From assembly GCA_046483305.1 (NCBI GenBank), contig JAWODM010000034.1:43101-107100 (forward strand): DNA of 64,000 bases. Direction: 5' to 3'. The notes under the pieces are model-generated. The model was given only the letters and a program-made list of their open reading frames with translations. It did not search any database and had not been told where the DNA came from. The position numbers were made by a program, and so were the translations under genes. Of this stretch, positions 29,140 through 39,614 are shown piece by piece. How positions within the stretch are numbered: the first letter of the stretch is position 1; each line of letters opens with the position of its first letter. The DNA comes from Candidatus Krumholzibacteriales bacterium. GTDB taxonomy: Bacteria > Krumholzibacteriota > Krumholzibacteriia > Krumholzibacteriales > WJIX01.

Positions 29140-29919
29140 TTGAAGAGAATTATTTATCTTCTTGCAGCCGTTTCATTGGTATTTTTCCAATCCACTGCTG
29201 CTGGAGCGGCTAACGGCTATGTGGATTTCCCATCATTTTTCAACAGCATCGATTCTTCCAGTGTTATTACCGAATTCGGTTTTTCCATCTTCGACGAAGA
29301 TGCCGGATACCTGTATTCCTCCTCGGCATCAGGGAGAATAAACGACAGGCTTACCGGCAGTTTTGACGCCTGCTATTTTTCAATAAACAGAGATGACAGG
29401 ATTCAGTTCGGATTCGGAGATTTCACAATCAATCTGACATTTCAGGCATCCGGAGACAGCCTGGGAACCAGCGGTATCTTTCTGAGAACAGATATCAGGC
29501 TTCCCTCCGGGGCGAAAGCTCTGCAGCCATTCGCCAGCAGGTCCTTTGACGGGGGGGCGGGGATGGAGCTCCGCGACAGATTCTCACTGTTTACCGTAAG
29601 ACTGGCGGGAACCTATACCTTCGCCGAAGAAAGGAACGCGGAGGGAATTTATCCTCACAGCAACTACTCGATACTGGCCGCCTCAGCCGGTATGGATATA
29701 GGCCCGGCCCGGTTAATGGCCTCCGGTTACTGGGTGGATTACCGGAAGAGCGGCGACCGCCGGGTTCTTCTGTCCAGTCTGTCAGGGCGGCTTTCTGAGA
29801 ATTTCAGCATTATTCTTACTGGCGGAGTGGAGGCGGGAGATGATTACGAGCGATTGTTCGATTCCATATTTTCACTGAGGCTCGCCTACCGTTTTCCTTC
29901 AGCTGAGAATGAACAGTAG
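29140..29919 (+). CDS. Putative outer-membrane beta-barrel protein
   Basis: Signal peptide, GFGD and LPSG motifs, alternating beta-strands, C-terminal LAYRF. Confidence 0.7.
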   Translation: MKRIIYLLAAVSLVFFQSTAAGAANGYVDFPSFFNSIDSSSVITEFGFSIFDEDAGYLYSSSASGRINDRLTGSFDACYFSINRDDRIQFGFGDFTINLTFQASGDSLGTSGIFLRTDIRLPSGAKALQPFASRSFDGGAGMELRDRFSLFTVRLAGTYTFAEERNAEGIYPHSNYSILAASAGMDIGPARLMASGYWVDYRKSGDRRVLLSSLSGRLSENFSIILTGGVEAGDDYERLFDSIFSLRLAYRFPSAENEQ

Positions 29920-30025
29920 AGGTATTTCCATTTTTCCCGACTGCAAAATGCGGAAACCGTCATTTCCCGTAATTCCCCATTGTACCTGAAATGGGTTAAC
30001 CGTATAGCATCATTACCGTTAATAC

Positions 30026-30042
30026 AAGGCACGCCTCTTGCT
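30026..30042 (+). promoter_or_regulatory. Putative sigma54 (-24/-12) promoter
   Basis: AAGGCACGCCTCTTGCT has GG-N10-GC spacing and matches TGGCACG-N4-TTGC except at the first T; about 40 bp upstream of the 30084 ORF. Confidence 0.6.
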
Positions 30043-30083
30043 TTTTCTTCTGGCAAGCATCGATAGAGAAAGGCACTACATCT

Positions 30084-31472
30084 ATGATTAAAAGCAACGG
30101 CTTTGAACCTTTTCTGGATATGTTGAAAGAGCTCTCAGAAACCCTCGACCAGGGATTGGTGTTATTCGGGGGCCGGAACAGCTTCGCGAATGAAAGGGCG
30201 GTTTTGCTCCTGGATGCCGGGACTCCGGACCAGGCGGTTGAGATTGTAAGGGACAAATTCCCCGGATTAAACGGATCCGGCCGGCTGGAAAAGGGCGTAC
30301 GCACCGCATTTGTTGAGAGCGGAAATCCCGGTGTGGGCGGAAGCAGGCTGCTGGGACTGGAGCTTCATAATGTCGAAACAGGAGGTTCAGAATGCCTGAA
30401 TTACGTTCTCCTCCGAGACTTTTCATACTGGAGCAATCAGGATGAGATGCGTAAGGAATTTATCAGTTCCATATCCCATCGGCTCAGAACGCCTATTACT
30501 TCAATACATCACGCACTGGAGGTTATCAATGACCGGAAAACTTCCGCTACAGAGGAAGAGTGGTCCAGGTTTCTGAATATCGGCCTGAGGAACATTCATA
30601 AACTGATATCTCTGGTGGATGAACTCCAGAAACTCTACATGGTTCAATCGGAAGAGAAAAAAGGCTGCAGGGGCCTCTTCAGAATAGGGGACGAGGTATA
30701 TTCCTGTTTCTACAGGCTGGACCGGGAAGGAACAATAGAAGGGTTCGAACTGGAGAGCTGCGACTGCGCCGTATTCACGCAGATAAGCAGAGTTGAGACA
30801 TTCGTTGCCACTGCCGCGGACCTTTTCAGGAAATGGCTTGGCGTACCGCCCTGCCTTCATGTAAAGATAACCGGGCCGGATTATCAGACGGATAGAGGCG
30901 GGATAGAGATTTCGATTCGCTGTGAAAGCAAGAGGGAAGATTCTGAAACCCTGAGGGACTACCTTTATTATTCAGAATCACACCGCTCCCTTATTATGGA
31001 AAGGCTTGCCATCTCTCTGGAGGGAAAGATGGGTGTGGGCCCCGGCCCCCGGATAACCTTATCGATTCCGGAGTGCCCCGTTTTCGACAGAGAAAAAGAC
31101 CTTATCTATCCGCTTAACTCAATAATCGAAGAAGCGAGGGCCGGATGCAGTTGCTTCTGCCTGATAGACCTTGGCCTGGGCCGGCCCTGTTCTGTAAGGG
31201 GGGAAGTTCTCAGAAAACTGCTGGGAGAATCCCTTGGAAGGGCGGGCCATCCCTATATATCGATGGGTGAGAGGGATCAGAGTTATCTGCTCTTTTTCAA
31301 AACCGGTTCCGTTAACGAGGCCGAGGACTGGATGGAGGAGCTCAACGAGAGATTCATCGAACAGCTCGGATCGGAAGGAATTCCATACCGGGGAGGCTTG
31401 AAGTGGGATATTAAGCTGAAGAAAGTTACGGATCAGGAGTCTGCCGTGCTTTCGCTGGCTGATATCTGCTGA
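30084..31472 (+). CDS. Degenerate histidine-kinase-like protein (HisKA intact, ATPase motifs lost)
   Basis: FISSISHRLRTPITSI H-box present; no N, G1 or G2 boxes recognisable. Confidence 0.7.
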   Translation: MIKSNGFEPFLDMLKELSETLDQGLVLFGGRNSFANERAVLLLDAGTPDQAVEIVRDKFPGLNGSGRLEKGVRTAFVESGNPGVGGSRLLGLELHNVETGGSECLNYVLLRDFSYWSNQDEMRKEFISSISHRLRTPITSIHHALEVINDRKTSATEEEWSRFLNIGLRNIHKLISLVDELQKLYMVQSEEKKGCRGLFRIGDEVYSCFYRLDREGTIEGFELESCDCAVFTQISRVETFVATAADLFRKWLGVPPCLHVKITGPDYQTDRGGIEISIRCESKREDSETLRDYLYYSESHRSLIMERLAISLEGKMGVGPGPRITLSIPECPVFDREKDLIYPLNSIIEEARAGCSCFCLIDLGLGRPCSVRGEVLRKLLGESLGRAGHPYISMGERDQSYLLFFKTGSVNEAEDWMEELNERFIEQLGSEGIPYRGGLKWDIKLKKVTDQESAVLSLADIC

Positions 31473-31544
31473 ATAACCTGCCCGAAATGATTAATAATTG
31501 CCGGCCCCGCCGGCTGATCCTCTGAATCCCGTACCATTCGCTTC

Positions 31545-32813
31545 CTATACCGGGACCGTTTTCTTCCTGTTTTTCCTATTCTGTCCCGCTTCATTCCTGG
31601 CTTTAAGAGATAGCAGCAGAATGCTGAGAGGATCGTCGATGGTTCTTTTCACTTTGGGCAGATGGTTGTAGAAGACGTACCTTCCCCTGTCGAAATTCAT
31701 AATGGAATGGAAAGCCTCTCTGCCGGATTCCGCTCTGTAACTGGCGTGAATTATTTCTCCCCGCCTGAAAAATATCTTCCCGCTGGCCCTGTCCCCGGAA
31801 ATTTCCAGCCAGCCGGTTTTAAGATTGCTGTTTAGCAGCGAGACTATATCCAGGATCGGGATGAGGTTGAGATTCCCCTGCAGAGGGTAAGCCCTTCCCT
31901 CTCCGCGCTTGCTGATAAAGACCGCTACAAGAATTATTGACGCTGCCAGGAGCAGAGCGGCTACGTGGCTCAGGGAAATGGATGGAAAGGATACCGATCC
32001 GCTCTTTCCCTCTTTTTCTTTCCCCTGATTATTATCTGCCTCTGCTTCTTCCAGCTCCTGCTTCTCGGTGAGCAGATTGAGTTCTTCGAGCTTCTCATTG
32101 GCCCAACGGTTGGAAGGTTCCCTGATAAGTAAGGCCTCCAGGGCTTTTTTCGCTTCTTCCCTTCCGCTGTGAGAATAATTGGCCACCAGATCCGCCACCC
32201 GCTCTTTTTCTTTTCTGATTGAATTTTCTGAAATTCTCCTGTCTGCCGTTTTCATCAGTGTGTCAATCTCGGGATTGCCCGGATCTCTCTCATACGCCTG
32301 TTCGATGTAATTCCTGGCGGTTTCGGGGCTTCCCAGCGCCAGATGGCATCTGGCCAGATTAATTAGAGGTACCGGATCGTAAGGTTTTATGCCGTGATAC
32401 AGCGAGAGTTTGGGAAGGGCGGAGGTGTATTCTCCCATACTCATAAGTTCTTCCGCCTCCGAAAAAAGTTTCTGGACCAGTATCTTTTCCATTCTCTTGA
32501 GTTTTTCCCTGGCCCAGGAGGCATCAGGGCTCTGCGCCAGTCCTCTCAGAAGAAGCTCCCGGGCGTGTTCGAGCTTTCCCCTGCTTTCATATATCTGTGA
32601 AAGTTGCCATATCGCCGAGGTGAAACCGGGGTCATTCTGAAGAGAAAGTTTCAGCAGCTTTTCGGCCTGGACGTCGTCTCCGGCGGATAATTTCTTCTGG
32701 GCCTCGACGAAGAGATTCTCGGCTTTGATTCTGTCCGCGGCCGGAGAATTCTCAGCGAAAGTAAGAAACGCCAGAATTATTATGGCGGGTTTGAAATATC
32801 TGTCCAATTTCAT
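31545..32813 (-). CDS. TPR-repeat membrane-anchored protein with C-terminal DUF4388 (PatA-N-like) domain
   Basis: Signal peptide, TPRs, a TM helix, then LQGNLNLIPILDIVSLL..KTG..GKIFFRRGEIIHA. GGAGG RBS before ATG 32813. Confidence 0.85.
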   Translation of the reverse strand: MKLDRYFKPAIIILAFLTFAENSPAADRIKAENLFVEAQKKLSAGDDVQAEKLLKLSLQNDPGFTSAIWQLSQIYESRGKLEHARELLLRGLAQSPDASWAREKLKRMEKILVQKLFSEAEELMSMGEYTSALPKLSLYHGIKPYDPVPLINLARCHLALGSPETARNYIEQAYERDPGNPEIDTLMKTADRRISENSIRKEKERVADLVANYSHSGREEAKKALEALLIREPSNRWANEKLEELNLLTEKQELEEAEADNNQGKEKEGKSGSVSFPSISLSHVAALLLAASIILVAVFISKRGEGRAYPLQGNLNLIPILDIVSLLNSNLKTGWLEISGDRASGKIFFRRGEIIHASYRAESGREAFHSIMNFDRGRYVFYNHLPKVKRTIDDPLSILLLSLKARNEAGQNRKNRKKTVPV

Positions 32814-33048
32814 TATAGTTTCCTCCGTTATTTTATTCAGCAAATACTGTTCCACAGGAATACGAAATTACCGATTGAAGTAGTGACTGAACTTCTGTTA
32901 ATATTCGAGATGCGTTAATTAAACAGGGCCGGCAGCGGTGGGAAATCACGCCCGTTGTTCCGGCTGTATTAATCTATCGGATTGATTATCAGAAAGTTAC
33001 GGTTTTGAAAATTGAATCCGGATTGTAAGATTCCAGAAGGAGGATATA

Positions 33049-34200
33049 ATGGATTTCGGATTGAGTGAAGACCAGAAGGCAATACAGGAATCGGCGCGTT
33101 CTTTCGCAAAGGGTGAATTTACAAGGGAATTGGCGGAGAAGCATGAACTCGAACACTCCTTCCCCAGGGATATATGGCAGAAGGCCTGCCAGAACGGTTT
33201 CATAGGTCTTCACTTCCCCGCTGAATTCGGCGGTGTGGGCCTTAATATTCTGGAAAACGTACTGGTGGTGGAGGAATTCTGCAGAAGGGATTCCGGGATA
33301 GGGACCGCCCTGGCTCTTTCAGATTTCGCTTCTGAAATCATTATGCGGTTCGGTTCCGATCAGCAGAAGGAGCGGTATCTTCCGGCGGTGGCCTCAGGGA
33401 AGATGATCTCCGCTGGCGCCTTCACAGAACCGAATCACGGAAGCGATATTACAGAGATGGACACCAGAGCGGTAAAGGATGGAGACGAATGGGTAATCAA
33501 CGGTTCGAAGATGTTTATAACCAACGGTGAAATAGCCGATTTCTATATTGTTCTCTGCCAGGTGGATCCGGATGCCGATCCCAGTTACAGGGGCATGGCC
33601 ACATTCATAGTGGACAGGGATGCCGAAGGGGTCTCCACCGAGGATGCAGGGCATAAGATGGGTATTAAGATGACCTCTACGGCTGAAGTGGTTTTTGACG
33701 ATGTCAGGATTCCCGCGGATAATATAATAGGCGAGGAGGGGAAAGGATTTTACCAGGTCCTGGAATTCTTCGATGAGAGCCGTATCGAGATAGCGGCTAC
33801 CGCGCTGGGTATCGCCGCCGGAGCGATGGACCGCGCCGTTAATTATGCTAATGAAAGGAAGCAGTTTTCGAGGCCGATTATCAAGTTCCAGGCGACTCAG
33901 CACAAGATCGCGGAAATGGCCAGCATGATAGAGGCGGCAAGGCTGGTTACGTACAAGGCGGCCTGGAATTTTGATCAGGGCAATATAGACCCTAAATTAA
34001 CTTCCATAGCTAAATATCTGGCTGGAAGAACTGCGGTGAAAGTAGCGGACGAAGCGGTACAGATACATGGCGGTTACGGATACATGCTGGAGTATGAAGT
34101 GGAGCGGTTTTACCGTGACGCCAAAATAGCTGAAATCTATGAAGGGACCAAGGAGATCCAGAAGAATACCATAGCGAGCCAGATAATCAGGGAATTATAA
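33049..34200 (+). CDS. Acyl-CoA dehydrogenase
   Basis: FTEPNHGSD, NGSKMFITNG, QIHGGYGY and IYEGTKEIQ motifs. Confidence 0.96.
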   Translation: MDFGLSEDQKAIQESARSFAKGEFTRELAEKHELEHSFPRDIWQKACQNGFIGLHFPAEFGGVGLNILENVLVVEEFCRRDSGIGTALALSDFASEIIMRFGSDQQKERYLPAVASGKMISAGAFTEPNHGSDITEMDTRAVKDGDEWVINGSKMFITNGEIADFYIVLCQVDPDADPSYRGMATFIVDRDAEGVSTEDAGHKMGIKMTSTAEVVFDDVRIPADNIIGEEGKGFYQVLEFFDESRIEIAATALGIAAGAMDRAVNYANERKQFSRPIIKFQATQHKIAEMASMIEAARLVTYKAAWNFDQGNIDPKLTSIAKYLAGRTAVKVADEAVQIHGGYGYMLEYEVERFYRDAKIAEIYEGTKEIQKNTIASQIIREL

Positions 34201-34297
34201 TTCCTGCTTCCGGGTGATTATTCCCTGAAGGATAATTTGTCCGGCTGCTGGACAGGAACATGTTACTGTTTGATATAATCAGCCAGGAGGGAAGTTG

Positions 34298-35656
34298 ATG
34301 CCAGGATATGATCTGATTGTGCTCGGCGGCGGGCCCGCGGGATACCCGGCAGCAATCCGGGCGTCTCAGCTGGGGGCGCGGGTCTGCCTTATCGAAGCGG
34401 AAAAACTGGGAGGGGTTTGCCTGAACTGGGGATGTATACCTACCAAGACCATGCATGCGGCGGCGCACCTGATGGAGGCCGGCAGGTCCTTGGATTTTGC
34501 GGACCTTTCCGATGTTGATATGAAATCGCTCTCCGAACACCGAGCGAAGGTAGTGGACAGGCTGGTTTCCGGAGTCCGGAAACTTCTGAAAAAGCGGGGT
34601 GTGGAAGTAATAAGTGGCAGGGGGAGGATTATATCGCCCAGTGAGGTGAAGATCGATTCCGGGGATACCGTAAAAGGGGATAAAATTATCATAGCGACCG
34701 GCTCTTCCGCCATGAACCTGCCCGGTATGGAATTCGACGGCAAGCTGATATTGAGCAGCAAGGACCTGTTGAACCTGGATTATCTTCCTTCTTCTCTTCT
34801 CATTATAGGAGGAGGGGTTATCGGTTCGGAATTCGCTTCCATATTCAACGCCCTGGGGACCGGGGTGACGGTGGTTGAAATGCTCCCTTCGCTGGTGTCG
34901 GGAGAATCGGACAGGGTCAGCAAGTATCTCCGCATGTTTTTCAGAAAGAAGGGTATTGAGGTGCATCTCGGCTCCAGAGTGGAGAAGATTGAAAAGAGCG
35001 GCGACGGGATTACAGCTCATCTGGAGGACGGTACCGTGATAGAGAGCAGCGCGGCGGTTCTCTCGGTGGGAAGAGTTCCCAATATTGAGGATATAGGCTT
35101 GCGGGAGGTTGGAATCGAGACGAAGGACTCCGCCATCAGGGTAAATGGCAGAATGGAGACCAATGTGAAGGGAGTTTACGCCGCCGGCGACGTAGTGGGG
35201 GGGTATCTGCTCGCTCATGCAGCAACCAGGGAAGGGCTGGTGGCTGCGGAAAATGCGATGGGGGTCGATAGAGAGATAGATTATTCCCTGGTGCCGTCAA
35301 CGGTGTATACCATCCCGGAGATAGCGCACGTGGGGCTTAACATGGAGGAAGCTGAATCGAAGGGATTAAAATGTGCCAGCGGACAGTTCCCCTTCTCCGC
35401 TAACGGCAAAGCCCTGGGAATGGACGAACCGGATGGGTTCGCCGGCTGGGTCGCTGAGGAGGAAAGCGGAAAGCTGCTGGGGCTTCACATAATCGGGCCT
35501 GACGCTACCGAACTGGTTTCCATAGGCACTGTGGCGGTGAGTAACGGGATGACCGCCGAGGAATTCGAAGCTCTCATATTCCCTCACCCCACACTCGGTG
35601 AAGCGATATTCGAAGCGGCTGAAGATATTAACTCGAAATCTGTTCATCTTCTTTGA
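34298..35656 (+). CDS. lpdA: Dihydrolipoyl dehydrogenase
   Basis: GGGPAG, GGVCLNWGCIPTK redox disulfide and HPTLGE motifs. Confidence 0.93.
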   Translation: MPGYDLIVLGGGPAGYPAAIRASQLGARVCLIEAEKLGGVCLNWGCIPTKTMHAAAHLMEAGRSLDFADLSDVDMKSLSEHRAKVVDRLVSGVRKLLKKRGVEVISGRGRIISPSEVKIDSGDTVKGDKIIIATGSSAMNLPGMEFDGKLILSSKDLLNLDYLPSSLLIIGGGVIGSEFASIFNALGTGVTVVEMLPSLVSGESDRVSKYLRMFFRKKGIEVHLGSRVEKIEKSGDGITAHLEDGTVIESSAAVLSVGRVPNIEDIGLREVGIETKDSAIRVNGRMETNVKGVYAAGDVVGGYLLAHAATREGLVAAENAMGVDREIDYSLVPSTVYTIPEIAHVGLNMEEAESKGLKCASGQFPFSANGKALGMDEPDGFAGWVAEEESGKLLGLHIIGPDATELVSIGTVAVSNGMTAEEFEALIFPHPTLGEAIFEAAEDINSKSVHLL

Positions 35657-38289
35657 ATGAAGCCGAGTATTCAGACCATAATCGAGGGAGGCTGCAGAAA
35701 ATGAGAAGACCTTTTCCGGTGCCCGTTCTGATGTTTATTCTGATCTTTTCAATATCCGGCCGCTGCCCCGGCTCCGAGACAGGGACCGCTGAGATTCCCG
35801 GGGGGCCCCGGCTGATCGCCGATATTCACCCCGGATCGCCCGCAGTCTGCGTGACGGTATCTGTCGGCGCCGGCTCCGCGGTAGAGACTCCTGAAGTCAG
35901 GGGTATCACACATTTTATAGAGCATATGGCCTTTAACGGTTCGGAAAGATTCTCCAGAAGCGATATCAGCGGATGGGTTGATGATAACGGTGTTTTTCTC
36001 AACGCCTTTACCAGGAAGGAAAGGACCGTATTCTTCATACTGGCGAGAAGCGAAATAGCCGGAGAGGCGGTGGAGATACTTTCCGAAATGCTGCTCCATT
36101 CCGTTTTCCCGCCCTCCGAGATTGAGAAGGAGAGGAATGTGATTCTGGAGGAGATCAGGGAGACCATGGATAATCCGCGCCATGCAAGAGACCGTCTGGC
36201 GGAACGTTATCTGTACGGTGCCAGCCCCCTCGCTCAACCGGTCCTTGGCTACCCCGAAACTATCAATAATATTTCCCGGGAGAAGCTGACAGATTATTAC
36301 CGGAAGTATTATACCCCTTCCAATATGACGGTCTTTGTGATGGGGGGCATTGGCTTTGAAAAAGCCCATGGGCTGGTGCGCGACTATTTTGGTTCATTCC
36401 GCACCAGCGACGGAACGGAAAGAAAACCTCTGGTGCCGGGATGCATGGTCCGCTACGGAAATACCGTCAGGGTCAGAAGTAATGAGAGGTTTGAAGAGGG
36501 ACTGGATCTTTTGATAAGAATAAAGGGCGCGAGAAGCAGGGTAGACCGGCTGGCGGCGGGAAGGATCCTGTTATCACTGGTATCCGGCGATAATTCTCCG
36601 TTTCGGAAGCGGTTGCAGGATATGGGAGTCCGGCCGCCGCAGTCCAGCATTGAACTTCACGGGGACTGCTGTTCATTCCGATTCAGCTTTGCCGCCGGAA
36701 AGGGCGGCGCCGGTGACCTTAAGGCAATACCGGCTGTGCTGGAGGAGCTCTCTGACTGGAAACCGGACAGGAACACGATAGAATCGGCGGTAAAAGCATA
36801 TATTGCCTCGGACCTGTTCGACCGCGAAAAATATCATTATTACCTGATGCTTCACGGTGAGGAAATGGCCTATCTCGGGGAGAGTTATTTCGTTGAATAC
36901 CTGGAGGGAATAAAGGAAGTTTCTGAAGATCAGATAGGGGATGTTCTCGAAAAAAGCTTTTCTGAAATGGAGTACAACGGATGCATATTCGTAAAGGAGC
37001 AGAAGAGGGATTTCAGGAAAGCGGTTCAGTTTGATTCCAGGACACTTGATAACGGCGTGGAGATCGCTTCGATCAGAAGAACGGGGTCGGAAGTAGCCGC
37101 TCTTCATATGCTTATCGAGAATGGAAATTGTATCTGGGGGCCGGAAGAGGCGGGTCTGCCGTCATTAATCCACACCGCGCTGGAGGCTTCAGCCGGGGAA
37201 ACCGGCCTGAATGAGAAGCTGGACAGGCTGGGAAGCAGGGTCAGCTGGGGAGATAATCCCTATATTCCGATGGACGATTATCTTCTGAACCGGTCATATT
37301 CATTTATAAGGCTGGAGGCTCCCCTTTCCAATTTCAGGGAGGCTGCCGGACAGTTGATAGAGCATGTCGCCGGCGCCCGGTTAAGTGAGGAGTTGCTTGG
37401 CGGAGCGATGGCGGAATTAAGAAGAGAAACCATGATCAGGGAGGGCAACCCGCTGTTCAGGCTGAGAGAAAGATTTTACCGGGAGCTTTTTCCCGGACAC
37501 CCCTTCGGCGGATCGATCTTTCCATCCGGCAGGCTGGAGGTAACCTCTGACTCCATATCCTGTTACCGAAGAGATTATCTCAGCGGCAATAATATAATCG
37601 CCACTCTGGTTTCAGGCCTGCCCGAAGATGAAGCGGAAGGGCTGCTTTCGGATCTCCTTGGGGAAATTGCCCCGGGTGGCGGATCGGCCGGCTGCCCCCC
37701 CTTCCCGGAACAGGCAGCCGCCGGACGGAGAAAAGTTACAGCTGAAAGCGGCGGCGCCTATCTGCTGGCAGGTTTTGCCGGAAAGCAGCTCGATCCCGGC
37801 GAAACAGCAGCGGTGGCGGTGGCCTCCGAGGTTCTGGACAGGAGGATGAAGAATCAGATAAGAGAAAACAGGGGGCTGGCATACTCTACCGGCTGTAATT
37901 TCAAGTTGATGAAGGGCGGATTCGTGGTGGAAATTCACCTGGGGACCCGTTCCTCAAACCTGAATGAAGCTTCCGAAGCTATGATGGAGGAACTGGCTTC
38001 TCTGCTTTCGGATAAACCGGGTGAAGATGAGATTGAAGTGGCAGTCAGCAGGATATGTTCGGAAAGGGCCAGGAGAGAGCTGAGCAGTATTAACCAGGCT
38101 TATGCGGCAGGCCTGGATATCTACTGCCTCTCAGGAAACAGGTTTGTAAATGTGGTGGCGGAAGCCGGCGTTGATGAAGTGCGCCGGGTGATCGAAGACT
38201 TTTTTGATCCGGACAGGATATTTTATCTTGAGATGGTTCCGGAGCAGTCCGATTCGGGAGAAAAAACCGGTTTTCCGGGAATGAAATAA
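35653..38289 (+). CDS. M16 (pitrilysin) family zinc peptidase, exported
   Basis: HFIEH (HxxEH), NAFT, ERNVILEE and IRENRGLAY motifs; the start may be ATG 35701. Confidence 0.92.
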   Translation: MNEAEYSDHNRGRLQKMRRPFPVPVLMFILIFSISGRCPGSETGTAEIPGGPRLIADIHPGSPAVCVTVSVGAGSAVETPEVRGITHFIEHMAFNGSERFSRSDISGWVDDNGVFLNAFTRKERTVFFILARSEIAGEAVEILSEMLLHSVFPPSEIEKERNVILEEIRETMDNPRHARDRLAERYLYGASPLAQPVLGYPETINNISREKLTDYYRKYYTPSNMTVFVMGGIGFEKAHGLVRDYFGSFRTSDGTERKPLVPGCMVRYGNTVRVRSNERFEEGLDLLIRIKGARSRVDRLAAGRILLSLVSGDNSPFRKRLQDMGVRPPQSSIELHGDCCSFRFSFAAGKGGAGDLKAIPAVLEELSDWKPDRNTIESAVKAYIASDLFDREKYHYYLMLHGEEMAYLGESYFVEYLEGIKEVSEDQIGDVLEKSFSEMEYNGCIFVKEQKRDFRKAVQFDSRTLDNGVEIASIRRTGSEVAALHMLIENGNCIWGPEEAGLPSLIHTALEASAGETGLNEKLDRLGSRVSWGDNPYIPMDDYLLNRSYSFIRLEAPLSNFREAAGQLIEHVAGARLSEELLGGAMAELRRETMIREGNPLFRLRERFYRELFPGHPFGGSIFPSGRLEVTSDSISCYRRDYLSGNNIIATLVSGLPEDEAEGLLSDLLGEIAPGGGSAGCPPFPEQAAAGRRKVTAESGGAYLLAGFAGKQLDPGETAAVAVASEVLDRRMKNQIRENRGLAYSTGCNFKLMKGGFVVEIHLGTRSSNLNEASEAMMEELASLLSDKPGEDEIEVAVSRICSERARRELSSINQAYAAGLDIYCLSGNRFVNVVAEAGVDEVRRVIEDFFDPDRIFYLEMVPEQSDSGEKTGFPGMK

Positions 38290-38374
38290 TTAGGATTAAA
38301 AATGTTGACCGGAATAATTTATTTATTAATATATATGCATGTTATTGTACCAGTGAACTTAGATGGAGGATCTG

Positions 38375-38548
38375 ATGGCTTACAAAATTACCGATGAATG
38401 TATCGCTTGTGGTTCCTGTCTTCCCGAGTGCCCCGTAGAAGCGATCGAGGAAGGCGAGGAAAAGTTTACCATAGACCCTGAACTCTGCACCGATTGCGCG
38501 GCATGCGTTGAGGTTTGCCCGGTGGATTCGATTGTTGAGGGTGACTGA
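38375..38548 (+). CDS. 2x[4Fe-4S] ferredoxin
   Basis: CIACGSCLPECP and CTDCAACVEVCP motifs; GGAGG RBS before ATG 38375. Confidence 0.96.
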   Translation: MAYKITDECIACGSCLPECPVEAIEEGEEKFTIDPELCTDCAACVEVCPVDSIVEGD

Positions 38549-38555
38549 TTAACTG

Positions 38556-39602
38556 ATGTCGTCAAAAAAGTACCGTTTGACGAGTATGGCTTCGTGCGCG
38601 GGCTGAGCTTCCAAGCTCAGCCCGACGGAGTTGCGGCAGGTACTCAAGAGTTTTCCTTCCTACCATCATCCCGATCTGATATTAGGTTTTGATCACGCCG
38701 ATGATTGCGGCGTTATGCGGATATGCGAGGACCGGGCTGTAATCGTTACGGTTGATTTCTTTCCCGCTATCGCGGACGACCCCGTGGTATTCGGCCGGAT
38801 AGCGGCCGCGAACGCCCTGAGCGATATTTACGCCATGGGCGGCACCCCGCTGTGCGCTCTGAATATCGTTTCCTTCCCCGAGGGCAAACTCCCCCTGGAG
38901 GTTCTGGAAGCTGTCCTGATAGGCGGAGCCGAGAAGATTGCAGAGGCGGGAGCGGTGGTGGTGGGCGGACACACCTTGAAGGATTCTGAACTGAAATACG
39001 GGCTTTCGGTTACCGGCACAATTCATCCGGACAGGATAGTTTATAACAGCGGGGCCAAACCCGGAGACGCCCTGATTCTGACCAAACCCCTGGGGACCGG
39101 TATATATTCCACCGCTCTCAGGAACGGAGCGCTTTCCGGCGAACTGGAGGAGGATATGTACCGGGTTATGTCCGCGCTGAACAGGGACGCGTCTGAGGTA
39201 ATGAATGAGCTTGGCGTAAATGCCTGCACCGATATCACGGGATATGGGTTGGCCGGACATGCCCTGGAGATCGCCGAAGAATCGAGCGTAAGCCTGAGAA
39301 TTGACCTTGACTCTGTTCCGTACCTGCCGGCTGCCAGGGAGCTTGCCGGGAAAGGTTTCCTTACCGGGGGCGGAATGGCAAACCTGAAGGACTCTGAAGC
39401 CAGAATGAAATCGAACATTGAGCTTTCCGGTGTGGATAAGATGCTTTTATGCGACCCTCAGACTTCCGGAGGGCTGCTGGTATCGATAGCCCGGGAAAAG
39501 AGCGGCAGGTATCTCGATATGCTCAGGGACAGGGGGATTTCCGAAGCGGCGGTAATCGGAGATGTTGCGGAGAGGGTAGAGGCTGCCATAATCTGGAGGT
39601 AG
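38556..39602 (+). CDS. selD: Selenide, water dikinase (selenophosphate synthetase), selenocysteine-containing (Sec17)
   Basis: ATG 38556 gives RLTSMASCAG-TGA(38604-38606)-ASKL, the CxGU..K active site, in frame with the 38631 ORF (DDC, TVDFF, ANALSDIYAMGG, DPQTSGGLL). Confidence 0.96.
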
Positions 39603-39614
39603 GCGGGCGGTCCG

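Noticed and set aside
34187..35218. 343-aa minus-strand ORF
   Set aside because: Antisense shadow of lpdA with no recognisable motifs.
26245..38606. Genome-wide UGA reassignment (genetic code 4 or 25) as the explanation for in-frame TGA codons
   Set aside because: Many conserved genes here end correctly at TGA (XRE, ugd, wecB, ROK, ferredoxin), and the two internal TGAs fall at known Cys/Sec positions.
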